From Macrostomum lignano (taxonomy: Eukaryota): a stretch of DNA of 64,000 nucleotides. The notes below the pieces were generated by a model. That model was not told the DNA's origin, searched no databases, and saw only the letters and a list, made by a program, of their open reading frames with translations. Made by a program: the position numbers and the translations under genes. The DNA lies in contig NIVC01001977.1 in the NCBI GenBank assembly GCA_002269645.1, forward strand, positions 14,041 to 78,040, in the 5' to 3' direction. Below are positions 52,001 through 63,490 of this stretch, piece by piece (positions within the stretch are counted from its first letter, which is position 1; every line of letters begins with the position of its first letter).

Positions 52001-55000
52001 TGCGTGCAAAATACAAGTGCACGGAAGCAGAATAACACGCCGTGAGCGTATTTTCGAACGCCTGTGCATGCGCGAGACTGCTTGGTGTAGTTATTAGAAG
52101 GCAACTGCGCCTCTAGCTTAAACCGTGTCTATTTGTCTAAACAAACTGACTGCGTGCAAAATACAAGTGCACGGAAGCAGAATAACACGCCGTGAGCGTA
52201 TTTTCGAACGCCTGTGCATGCGCGAGACTGCTTGGTGTAGTTATTAGAAGGCAACTGCGCCTCTAGCTTAAACCGTGTCTATTTGTCTAAACAAACTGAC
52301 TGCGTGCAAAATACAAGTGCACGGAAGCAGAATAACACGCCGTGAGCGTATTTTCGAACGCCTGTGCATGCGCGAGACTGCTTGGTGTAGTTATTAGAAG
52401 GCAACTGCGCCTCTAGCTTAAACCGTGTCTATTTGTCTAAACAAACTGACTGCGTGCAAAATACAAGTGCACGGAAGCAGAATAACACGCCGTGAGCGTA
52501 TTTTCGAACGCCTGTGCATGCGCGAGACTGCTTGGTGTAGTTATTAGAAGGCAACTGCGCCTCTAGCTTAAACCGTGTCTATTTGTCTAAACAAACTGAC
52601 TGCGTGCAAAATACAAGTGCACGGAAGCAGAATAACACGCCGTGAGCGTATTTTCGAACGCCTGTGCATGCGCGAGACTGCTTGGTGTAGTTATTAGAAG
52701 GCAACTGCGCCTCTAGCTTAAACCGTGTCTATTTGTCTAAACAAACTGACTGCGTGCAAAATACAAGTGCACGGAAGCAGAATAACACGCCGTGAGCGTA
52801 TTTTCGAACGCCTGTGCATGCGCGAGACTGCTTGGTGTAGTTATTAGAAGGCAACTGCGCCTCTAGCTTAAACCGTGTCTATTTGTCTAAACAAACTGAC
52901 TGCGTGCAAAATACAAGTGCACGGAAGCAGAATAACACGCCGTGAGCGTATTTTCGAACGCCTGTGCATGCGCGAGACTGCTTGGTGTAGTTATTAGAAG
53001 GCAACTGCGCCTCTAGCTTAAACCGTGTCTATTTGTCTAAACAAACTGACTGCGTGCAAAATACAAGTGCACGGAAGCAGAATAACACGCCGTGAGCGTA
53101 TTTTCGAACGCCTGTGCATGCGCGAGACTGCTTGGTGTAGTTATTAGAAGGCAACTGCGCCTCTAGCTTAAACCGTGTCTATTTGTCTAAACAAACTGAC
53201 TGCGTGCAAAATACAAGTGCACGGAAGCAGAATAACACGCCGTGAGCGTATTTTCGAACGCCTGTGCATGCGCGAGACTGCTTGGTGTAGTTATTAGAAG
53301 GCAACTGCGCCTCTAGCTTAAACCGTGTCTATTTGTCTAAACAAACTGACTGCGTGCAAAATACAAGTGCACGGAAGCAGAATAACACGCCGTGAGCGTA
53401 TTTTCGAACGCCTGTGCATGCGCGAGACTGCTTGGTGTAGTTATTAGAAGGCAACTGCGCCTCTAGCTTAAACCGTGTCTATTTGTCTAAACAAACTGAC
53501 TGCGTGCAAAATACAAGTGCACGGAAGCAGAATAACACGCCGTGAGCGTATTTTCGAACGCCTGTGCATGCGCGAGACTGCTTGGTGTAGTTATTAGAAG
53601 GCAACTGCGCCTCTAGCTTAAACCGTGTCTATTTGTCTAAACAAACTGACTGCGTGCAAAATACAAGTGCACGGAAGCAGAATAACACGCCGTGAGCGTA
53701 TTTTCGAACGCCTGTGCATGCGCGAGACTGCTTGGTGTAGTTATTAGAAGGCAACTGCGCCTCTAGCTTAAACCGTGTCTATTTGTCTAAACAAACTGAC
53801 TGCGTGCAAAATACAAGTGCACGGAAGCAGAATAACACGCCGTGAGCGTATTTTCGAACGCCTGTGCATGCGCGAGACTGCTTGGTGTAGTTATTAGAAG
53901 GCAACTGCGCCTCTAGCTTAAACCGTGTCTATTTGTCTAAACAAACTGACTGCGTGCAAAATACAAGTGCACGGAAGCAGAATAACACGCCGTGAGCGTA
54001 TTTTCGAACGCCTGTGCATGCGCGAGACTGCTTGGTGTAGTTATTAGAAGGCAACTGCGCCTCTAGCTTAAACCGTGTCTATTTGTCTAAACAAACTGAC
54101 TGCGTGCAAAATACAAGTGCACGGAAGCAGAATAACACGCCGTGAGCGTATTTTCGAACGCCTGTGCATGCGCGAGACTGCTTGGTGTAGTTATTAGAAG
54201 GCAACTGCAGCTTAAACTGTCGCCTCTAGCTTAAACCGTGTCTATTTGTCTAAACAAACTGACTGCGTGCAAAATACAAGTGCACGGAAGCAGAATAACA
54301 CGCCGTGAGCGTATTTTCGAACGCCTGTGCATGCGCGAGACTGCTTGGTGTAGTTATTAGAAGGCAACTGCGCCTCTAGCTTAAACCGTGTCTATTTGTC
54401 TAAACAAACTGACTGCGTGCAAAATACAAGTGCACGGAAGCAGAATAACACGCCGTGAGCGTATTTTCGAACGCCTGTGCATGCGCGAGACTGCTTGGTG
54501 TAGTTATTAGAAGGCAACTGCGCCTCTAGCTTAAACCGTGTCTATTTGTCTAAACAAACTGACTGCGTGCAAAATACAAGTGCACGGAAGCAGAATAACA
54601 CGCCGTGAGCGTATTTTCGAACGCCTGTGCATGCGCGAGACTGCTTGGTGTAGTTATTAGAAGGCAACTGCGCCTCTAGCTTAAACCGTGTCTATTTGTC
54701 TAAACAAACTGACTGCGTGCAAAATACAAGTGCACGGAAGCAGAATAACACGCCGTGAGCGTATTTTCGAACGCCTGTGCATGCGCGAGACTGCTTGGTG
54801 TAGTTATTAGAAGGCAACTGCGCCTCTAGCTTAAACCGTGTCTATTTGTCTAAACAAACTGACTGCGTGCAAAATACAAGTGCACGGAAGCAGAATAACA
54901 CGCCGTGAGCGTATTTTCGAACGCCTGTGCATGCGCGAGACTGCTTGGTGTAGTTATTAGAAGGCAACTGCGCCTCTAGCTTAAACCGTGTCTATTTGTC

Positions 55001-55433
55001 TAAACAAACTGACTGCGTGCAAAATACAAGTGCACGGAAGCAGAATAACACGCCGTGAGCGTATTTTCGAACGCCTGTGCATGCGCGAGACTGCTTGGTG
55101 TAGTTATTAGAAGGCAACTGCGCCTCTAGCTTAAACCGTGTCTATTTGTCTAAACAAACTGACTGCGTGCAAAATACAAGTGCACGGAAGCAGAATAACA
55201 CGCCGTGAGCGTATTTTCGAACGCCTGTGCATGCGCGAGACTGCTTGGTGTAGTTATTAGAAGGCAACTGCGCCTCTAGCTTAAACCGTGTCTATTTGTC
55301 TAAACAAACTGACTGCGTGCAAAATACAAGTGCACGGAAGCAGAATAACACGCCGTGAGCGTATTTTCGAATGCGCGATGCTGCTTGGTGTAGTTATTAG
55401 AAGGCAACTGCGCCTCTAGCTTAAACCGTGTCT
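37089..55433. repeat. 150-bp tandem satellite, right array ('C' variant, ...gtctaaaCaaactg...), ~122 copies
   Basis: Same monomer and orientation as the left array, but C replaces G at monomer position 17 in every copy read (first at 37142). There is a 13-nt insertion at 54208-54220 and a 10-nt deletion near 55371. Short degraded copies occur at ~37010-37090 and after 55433. Confidence 0.99.
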
Positions 55434-57343
55434 TTTTGAACTGTGACTCATTGCGCCTATATATTAATTGCAGCACTGTAGCAGTAGTTACGTTCCCTGT
55501 GACACTAGAGACCATCCAGTGTACTTTGTTGTTTAGTTGTTGTTTTTGCAGCACAGGCCTTTATTTTTACATGTAAACTCGCGCCTTCCATGCAAACAGC
55601 TTTGCTTACAGCCAGACGCGCCAGTTGGTTGTAGGCATTGTCCATCACTCTGGCTTAGTGGGTGTCTTGCGTGTCTCACAATGGGCGCCTGGCTGAGGTC
55701 AACTTTGGGGGGCGGGGAGGCGGACCCTCTGCTGGTATCCGCCCCTGCCAGCGGGCAATAACAATTGGAGAGGAGATTGGAACTTAGGAGTGACTATCGG
55801 ATGGAAATTTTTTTCCGTTGCTTAAGAAAGATATGTCAAAAAAGTGTATGCAATATTGTAGATCGGCATGACGACATGCAAAGTTTAATTAGAAAAATTC
55901 GGTTAATACCGGCGTTTTAAAAATTCAAGTCAAATTTTAAGAGTTCTACTGTTGTAATAGTTTTTTTAAATTTAAAGTATGCTTTTTACAAAAAAATTAG
56001 TACGGTAGCATTTTCTTGCTTTATAATTTGTTTAATTAGCTAAAGAAACCTATGCATTTAATTTTCTATTTGTTGTGGTATTGCGAATTTAAGGCTTAGG
56101 TAAGCCTTACTTGCACGGTAACTGTGACTGCGGCAACCTATTACTATTTAATAATTGCGTTTGTTATTTGCTACTATTCTAAAAAGTTTTAATGTTTTCT
56201 AGCGATTGGCGCTGTTTGTTACAATAAATCGTAATTATATCCAAAACACACCAATATAAACGAAAGTTTAATAGCCAGTTAATTTATTTTTTGTTTTTAA
56301 GAGTCTGTAGTCAATAGTACTTGCTATGTCATACAATAACTTGAATCCATATCACTTGACAAGCCTGGATCAGCGAGTGAGCATTGTTGGTTTACTGTTT
56401 TTATGCTTGCTATTTCTCTTTCTATGCTAATTGTGGTTTTTGCATTATTGTTAGACTTTAAGTTAGGATCTTATGTCTTGCCAATAGGCCTACATACAGA
56501 GAAGGCAAGTTTTAGTATAAAGTAGGTTCTTTGCAAATGAATGTTGCAGTGTAATTATATAAAGTACTAAGCAAACATATAAACTAGAAATAGAAAGAAG
56601 TAAGAAAGACATTGTCTTTAGGGACTCTAGTGAGGTTAGGGCCTACCATAAGCTGATAATTACACAAAATTGTAAAATAGGGTTTTTAAAAATGTAATCA
56701 CAAAGTATAGAAAATGTTTTTGTAAAAACAAAATATACACATTAAAGAAGAGTTTATACTTATTCTAATTAGATAAAGAAACAAAAAAATATATTTAATA
56801 TATGCCGAGTAGTGTCCCACTGAATTTTGTCTTTTTTGCATAAGCCTATAGTCCATATTGTGGAAGGTGTAGTATACAGTGGAAAATTCCGGCGTACAAA
56901 TGCTTTAGCTGGTATACATCTGGTGTACAAACGCTTTAGCTAGCATACATATGGCATACAAATGCTTTGTCTGGCGTATATCTAGCATAAATGGAGGAAA
57001 TACAACCACCATGCATAATCATTTGCTTACAATTCTTAGCTATACTTGTTCAAGCTTTCAGCGCAGCATACAAAAGCATTGAAGTATATTAAATAATTGT
57101 GTAAATTATACTAAATAATTCTTTGTGGCAAGAAAATTAATTTGTAGAATTATGACAATAAATTTAATTTTCAAACAGCATTCTAAATTTTCTATAAAGA
57201 ACTTGTCTTAATTTGTAATTTTTTAAAATGATATATGTTTTCACTTTTATTTTTATGGTAATATTTATGTTTTGTTTGTTACATAGTTTTTGTGCTTATT
57301 AATCACATTTTTATTGGCATACAATTTACTAGAGGGCTTAATT

Positions 57344-58507
57344 CCATAGTGCAGAAGGACGGGTATATGCCAGAAATCTCCGTCGTACACAGGGATTGCC
57401 TGTCGTACATGTCGTACATTGCTAATTTTTGGGGGGCGCTATGTCGTACACTGTCATACATGTAAACATGTTACATGTCTGTCTGTCGTACACTTGTCAA
57501 TGTCATACAACTCATACATGAAGTATAGACATAGTTAGTATTTCTTTGATGGACAATTGGACACCAGTACCAGATACTCGTAGTCTCGTAACTAACTCAT
57601 AACCCATAGTCCGGATCATGGCAGGCGTACGCCGGAGTGAAAATTTGTGTCTTTTCAATTTTACGCCGATGTAAAGTTCAAAAATTTTTTACGCCAAGTC
57701 AAAAGTTGTTTATACGCCAACTTTTTAAAGAATTTGTATTTTTTAAAACTTAAAAATAATTATTTACTTGAAAACGGCTGATTTTTTCCAAAAACTAATA
57801 TTCTTTGTTTTAATTTTGTTTTTCTCGTAAATTTCGTTAATATTTTCTGTTTTGTTAACCGTTTATATTCAGAAGAGCTTTGGTTAATTGATATTTAACT
57901 ACACGATTGCATCAGCCCTGAACTTTTCTATTTCTTGTACGCTGGTTGTTTACACTTCATGTTGAACCTGAATATTCTATATGCCAAATGTATGCCAAGA
58001 TTGTCAGCAAGTGCAAAATTACGCCGGAAAATTCCGGCGTAAAGGCCACCTTCCGGACTATGGCTCATAACGTCGTTGTTAACGTATTGCGTTGAAGCAA
58101 AAAAGTAAAAATTCAATAGTTGCACTTTTCCACTCAAAGGGTAATTTAAATTATCAGTATTATATTCGTACAAACTCTTAAATTTAATTTTATTGGCGCA
58201 AAACTATACTTGACATTGCAAGCAAAAAAGTACAATATATCTGTTGTTTTACTTTGCATATTAAAAAAATGCAATATCAAGAATTTCTCGCACCTACCCA
58301 CATATTCAAAAAGTTTTTGCCCGTACCAAGTACCAACACCTTACATTACTATGTAAGTGCCACTATTTTTGTCGTACAGCACTTCCTTAAACTCTAACTC
58401 TGTCGTACAACACTAGTACCATTTTCCAATCCCTGTCGTACTGTCGTACAACAGGCCGAAATGAAAATTTACCTTCCGTCGTATACAGAAATCCTTCCGC
58501 ACTATGG
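57344..58507. mobile_element. Middle non-autonomous TIR element (MITE-like), ~700 bp once the inner insert is removed
   Basis: 16-bp TIR ccatagtgcagaagga / tccttccgcactatgg (1 mismatch). 8-bp TSD gcttaatt at 57336-57343 and 58508-58515. Many subterminal tgtcgtaca repeats. Confidence 0.92.
57604..58063. mobile_element. Inner non-autonomous TIR element (MITE-like), 460 bp
   Basis: Perfect 12-bp TIR ccatagtccgga / tccggactatgg. 8-bp TSD ctcataac at 57596-57603 and 58064-58071. Internal tacgcc repeats. Confidence 0.93.
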
Positions 58508-59576
58508 GCTTAATTGGCATATTTTATTGGAATATACTTTACTAGATAGCCAGATACTTTCCGGCATACATATAACATGATCCACAATATGGCCTATAGT
58601 ATATACACATTTTGTTGCCACAAAAAGTACTTTCAAAATTTCATTTTTTGTTAGAAAGCAATTATTGAAAAAAATTTATATTTTAATGATACAAGCAACT
58701 ATATTTGGTAATTTTTTTAACATCTTGAAAAAATTTTTTCTTCCTGTTTAGATGGTATAAAAAAACAGTTGAATAAAAATTGTGCTTGCATTTCCGAAGC
58801 TTAGTAAAACCCAGAAATGTATGCTATTCTAAATATGATTATATAAAAAAAACTACACATGTCTCTTTACATCTGCCAAAAAGTTATTGAGGCCTATTTT
58901 TGCCTATTTCCTCAGTGTAAAATATACTCGTTTTAAGTTGAGGAACAGAAAATTTCATTATTTTTCTAGAATAATTTCCAAAGACTATTCTTTTACTACA
59001 TTTAATAGAGGAGCATATAAGAATTCTTGACAACACTTTTTTTCTGCATGTATCCACCAAGCAGCCGCAGCAGCAATGTTTGCTATTTTAGTAGCCATAT
59101 TACCTACATACTACTTATATAAAAATGGATTATTAGCTTCTCTTAACAAAAAAGAGTTTTACCACTGCAGATTTGTTTTAAAGGTAAAATAATTCAAATA
59201 AATATATGCTTCAGCTTATTATTGAGCTTTAGCAATTGCAATCCAAACAAGTGACTCTTTGAATGCATATAACCTTGGTCTACAATGCAAACTCTCATAA
59301 AATGAACTGAATTTCATAAGAAATGGTATTTATTCAATTTGTATATTTAATAAGCAACTTTACAATATACAATTTTAAGTATAATATATTTTTAAATACT
59401 TTTTTACACTTTTTATAGATATAAATGTTGATTGGCAGCTTTACTCACAGTATACAATAAGGGTTACACTTAATACAAAAAATATACAAGACAATAGTCT
59501 ATCAACAATAATTTACCTATATGTTTTGCATTGAAAAAGCAAAGCAGACAATATATGTTGTATGTAAAGACAATAA

Positions 59577-59855
59577 TGAGGTGGAAGGCCTTTTTGTTTC
59601 AATAGATGGAATGGCAGCGAAGATGTTGCACTACATTGCACGTATATTTATACAAGTGAAAACAGCGCGAGATTCTTGAGGGGCCGAGGGAGGTGCGCAC
59701 ATGTGGCGTGGCGTGATTGGCTATGCCAACCCCCCTGGCTTAGCAAGCTGGCTAGCGCAGTGCAGCACCACCCCACCTCAGCTAGACAGAGGTTGGCGGG
59801 GGGTTTTCCAGTGCGGCTGCACTGGTGCTGCCGGTTGCGTAGTCTGGCCGCCACA
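59577..59855 (-). repeat. 3' LTR of the TRIM-like element (279 bp)
   Basis: Runs tgaggtggaaggcc...tggccgccaca and is roughly 92-93% identical by eye to 60618-60892. Confidence 0.9.
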
Positions 59856-59939
59856 CAGCTCCTCCCAGCACTGAGCTAGGCCCCAAATGTCAGGTGGTAG
59901 CCGAGGCAGCGAGAGTGCCGAGGAGAGGGCGCCGAAGAC

Positions 59940-60250
59940 TGCGGAGCTGCAGAAGAGTGGGCGCCGAAATCACCTGGACGCCAAAGGCGGCAGGGGCGCG
60001 AGGTGGACGCCAATGGCAGCAGGTTGCCAAGCAGGTGCCGGGCGGCGCCAAAGGCAGCAGAGCGCCAGGCGGGCGCCAAAAGCAGCAGCAGGGCGCCAAA
60101 GGCAGCAGGAGGGCGCCGAAGGCAGCAGGGCGCCGATGGCAGCAGCAGGGTGCCAGACAGTTGCCGAAGGCAGCAGCAAGGCACCAGGTGGGCGCCAAAG
60201 GCAGCAGCAGGGCGCATGGCGGGCGCGGAAAGCAGCAGGGGCGCGCGGCT
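59940..60250. repeat. GC-rich low-complexity repeats in the TRIM internal region (ggcgccaaaggcagcagcag-like)
   Basis: Recurrent ggcgcc(a/g)aaggcagcag units of variable length. They explain the many overlapping low-complexity ORFs. Confidence 0.8.
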
Positions 60251-60603
60251 GGACTACACCCAAAGCAATCGACAGTCAGTTGCCGCCGTGAGCCAGGTCA
60301 AAGCTGCTGCACAGAGGCTGGGGACGTTAGGCCAGCAGCAGCGGTGCTAACCTAAAATTTGTTGCAGCGTGTGGCGCTGGTTGGTCCAACGCGGGGTCCG
60401 AAAGGCGAGACCCTAGGAGCTACCGTGGGGGGCAGGCTGACTAGGCCAATTGTTGCTGCGGGGTACTGTTGTGGCTGCTGGGCTGTGGTGCTGCTAGGCT
60501 GCAGTGCTGTTGGGCTGCGGTGCTGCTGTTGCAGTCGGCCAAGGCGGTTGGCTACCAGGACTGCATAGGGCTGACCAGGTAGGCCCAGTGTTCCGCGCTG
60601 GGA

Positions 60604-60616
60604 GTCGGGCTCACCA
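60604..60616 (-). promoter_or_regulatory. Primer-binding site, tRNA-Trp-like
   Basis: Minus strand TGGTGAGCCCGAC matches 12/13 nt of the canonical tRNA-Trp PBS TGGTGACCCCGAC and sits immediately inside the LTR. Confidence 0.75.
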
Positions 60617-60617
60617 A

Positions 60618-60892
60618 TGAGGTAGAAGGCCTTTTTGTTTCAATAGATGGAATGGCAGCAAAGATGTTGCACTGCATTGCGTGTATATTTATACAAGTGA
60701 AAACAGCACAAGATTATTGAGGGGCCAGGGGAAGTGCACACATATGGCGTGGCATGATTGGCTATGCCAACCCCCCTGGCTTAGCAAGCTGGCTAGCGCA
60801 GTGCAGCACCACCCACTCAGCTAGACAGAGGTTGGCAGGGGGGTTTCCAGTGCGCTGCACGGTGCTGCTGGTTGCATAGTCTGGCCGCCACA
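60618..60892 (-). repeat. 5' LTR of the TRIM-like element (275 bp)
   Basis: Runs tgaggtagaaggcc...tggccgccaca. On the minus strand it carries CCAAT (60757-60761) about 65 nt upstream of TATAAATA (60686-60693), matching the orientation implied by the PBS and PPT. Confidence 0.9.
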
Positions 60893-61804
60893 ATAAGCAT
60901 TAAATATAAAGTATATGCTAACTTCAGTCTTCAGTTGCAGCTAATTAACAAGCAATAATATTGGGAAAAATGAGAAGAAGCTTTTGAATTAACCAAAGTA
61001 CACAAAAAACATTTTTGCTATGTTTTTCAAAAAATCAAACTTAATATATATTCATTAGTCTAAAAATTATAATCATTCAAAATTGAAAAATGTGCAATTT
61101 TAAGATACGCTATCAAGTTCCAATAGCAAAAATGTCACAAAATTGGTGAATTTTTTGACCCTTGACAATATATATACAAAAAAGGTATAAAAACATATAC
61201 TTTTATGTGTTGTAGAGTAAGCAAAAATATTTCAGAAAAAGCAATTAATTTTTAAATAGTAGCTATTTGAAACTTTAATTTTGCTCTTTTTTGATGTGCA
61301 TTTTTCACTTTAAAATTCATATGCAAACCCCGAAAAATATACATTAAAAAGAAAAAAAACAATTTGCTAATCTTATATAGAACTGATTAGTCTTTAAAAT
61401 AATACTAGACTCAACATTGTATGTTGAATAGCGAAAAAGATATGATAACAAAAACTGAAGAATTTAGTTTTCATACTTCCAATGGCAACAACCTATAATG
61501 TATTTCTAGTCTAGTCTAGTATTCTAAAAATGAGTTGTCTGTATATGGGTAAGCAATTGATTTCTGAAAAATTGGCTCAACCGATTTTCTTCAAACTTGC
61601 ACCATTCAATCAAAAATTTTACCTGTGATGGTACATGTATCTTGGCTAAGAAATTTCTTAATCCTAAAAGGATTAAATATTCATAAAACATGCTTTTTTA
61701 CATAGGTCAAGCAGCTCTTTTGACTTAAAATGCATTGTAAGAATGGTAGAGAAAAAACTGATTGATTGAATTCCTACTCTGATTAAGATTACATCACAAC
61801 AAGT

Positions 61805-61980
61805 TGAAAACAGTGTTGAAGAAAAGCATGCAAGGCTTGATTGAGATTGCATAACCATATTGTATTTATTTATTATCTGTGTACTGACTGAGTTTTACTG
61901 ACTTTTATTGTCTTGCTTTGTTAAAAATACAGTGTTGAAACATGGCACCTGACTTGATTGAAATTGTGTAACCATATTGC
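61805..61980. repeat. Diverged ~118-bp-period duplication
   Basis: cagtgttgaa...cttgattga.attg..taaccatattg occurs at ~61811-61862 and again at ~61927-61979. Confidence 0.6.
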
Positions 61981-62222
61981 TAACTTAAATTGAGACTGGT
62001 ATTGGCTGACTAAGGAATTGATTGTCATAAATTTTACTCTAGCAGACTTGCTGTAGGTATTGATTTAAAGGGGTCATAATTCATGTTATTGAAGTGACAA
62101 GAGATACCCTAGAGGCGAACAGACTAGACTGCTAAAGTAGCAACTTAGGTTCGAATCTTAGTAGTGCAAAATATTTTTTAATTAAAAAAAGATTTTTGCT
62201 AAACAAAAAGAAATACACTGTG

Positions 62223-62800
62223 AAACATAAAAGTGGCACCATGTAAAACATAAAAGAGATCCATGTCAAACATAAAGAGTCACCATATACAAAACATAAA
62301 AGTGGCATATTAAGCATAAAAGTGGCACTATGTACAATATGAAAGAACCACTATGGCAAACATAAAAGAGCCACCATTTCAAACATAAAAGAAGGATCAT
62401 GTGACATATAAAGAGTCACTATCTCAAAACTATTTTAAACAAAAGAATTGTCATGTCAAACATAAAAGAACCATTATGTCAAACATAAAAAGCTGCATGT
62501 CAAACATAAAAGTGCCACTATGTCAACATAAAAGCCACCATTTCAAAACATAAAACAGGCACCATGTACAATATAAAAAAGCCACCATGTCAAACATAAA
62601 AGAGCCAGTATGTCAAATACTATTTAAACAAAAGAAGCGTCATGCCAAACATAAATGGGCCACCATGTCAAACAAAAAAGACACCATTTCAAACATAAAA
62701 AGACACCATTTCAAACATAAAAGAACACCATTTCAAACAAAAAAAGAGCCACCATTTCAAATGTAAAAATAATTGTCATGCCAAACATAAAGGAGCACTA
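62223..62800. repeat. Degenerate ~22-23-bp minisatellite (aaacataaaagagccaccatgtc consensus)
   Basis: About 25 imperfect units with recurrent aaacataaaa and caccat(g/t)tc blocks. Confidence 0.9.
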
Positions 62801-62825
62801 TAAAGCTAAGGAACTTGTTGAATTA

Positions 62826-63490
62826 GCTACTTGCTATCTGAGGGATGCTTGCTATTGCTGGGATGCTTGCTATTGGAAGGATGCTTGCTAAGAGGGGTTG
62901 CTAGCTATTTTTTCTATCCAAGAAATATCTATCCAGGATTTTTTCTATCCAGGGATGCTTGCTATCTAAGGATGCTTGCTATCTGAGGGATGCTTGCTAT
63001 CTGAGGGATGCTTGCTATATGGTTTGCTTGCTATTGGGGGATACTTGCTATCTGGGGGATGCTTGCTGTCTAGGGGATGCTTGCTATCTAGGAGATACTT
63101 GCTATCTGGGGGTGCTTATACTGTCTAGGAGATTGCTTGCTATCTGGGGTTGCTTGCAATTGGGGGATGCTTGCTATCTAGGGGATGCCTGCTATCTGGG
63201 ATGTTTGCTATCTGGGTTGCTTGCATTCAGGGGATGTTTGCTGTCTAGGGATGCTTGCTATCTGGGGTTGCTTGCTATCTGGGGTTGCTTGCTATTGGGG
63301 GATGCTTGCTGTCTGGGGGATACTTGCTGTCTGGGGAGGGGGATGCTTGCTATCTGGGTAGATGCTTGCTATTGGGGATGCTTGCTATCTGGGAGGGGGG
63401 GATGCTTGCTATTGGGGATGCTTGCTATCTGGGGGATGTTTGCTATCTGGGATGCTTGCTATCTTGTGGGGTGGGATGCTTGCCACCTGG
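62826..63490. repeat. Degenerate ~17-18-bp G-rich minisatellite (ggggatgcttgctatct consensus)
   Basis: Dozens of gatgcttgctatct units separated by G runs, with an interruption at ~62905-62950. Confidence 0.92.

Larger units (their letters stand above)
56853..58592. mobile_element. Outer non-autonomous TIR element (MITE-like), ~570 bp once the nested inserts are removed
   Basis: Perfect 12-bp TIR ccatattgtgga / tccacaatatgg. 8-bp TSD cctatagt at 56845-56852 and 58593-58600. Subterminal ggc(g/a)taca-type repeats. Confidence 0.88.
59577..60892 (-). mobile_element. Non-autonomous miniature LTR retrotransposon (TRIM-like), 1316 bp
   Basis: Two ~277-bp direct repeats bounded by TG...CA. 4-bp TSD ataa at 59573-59576 and 60893-60896. 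On the minus strand, PBS TGGTGAGCCCGAC lies 1 nt inside one LTR and PPT GGGAGGAG lies 3 nt before the other. The 762-bp GC-rich internal region has no gag/pol motifs. Confidence 0.9.

Noticed and set aside
1-55433. CRISPR array
   Set aside because: The units are contiguous identical 150-mers with no unique spacers, and there are no cas genes.
55300-55761. ORFs of 84 and 74 aa at the satellite end
   Set aside because: One is a translation of satellite sequence. Neither has domain motifs.
56091-56108. Perfect palindrome aaggctta-gg-taagcctt
   Set aside because: Isolated 8-bp stem with no associated feature; compatible with chance in 64 kb.
57928-58173. 81-aa minus-strand ORF as a transposase remnant
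   Set aside because: It crosses the boundary between the inner and middle MITEs and has no DDE or zinc-finger motifs.
60070-60200. Repeated TGGCGCCC (minus strand) as multiple tRNA-Lys primer sites
   Set aside because: These are only 8-nt matches inside a GC-rich repeat and are not adjacent to an LTR. The true PBS is at 60604-60616.
59648-60568. Overlapping 67-153-aa ORFs in the LTR element as gag
   Set aside because: They are low-complexity translations of GC-rich repeats, open in most frames, with no CCHC or capsid signature.
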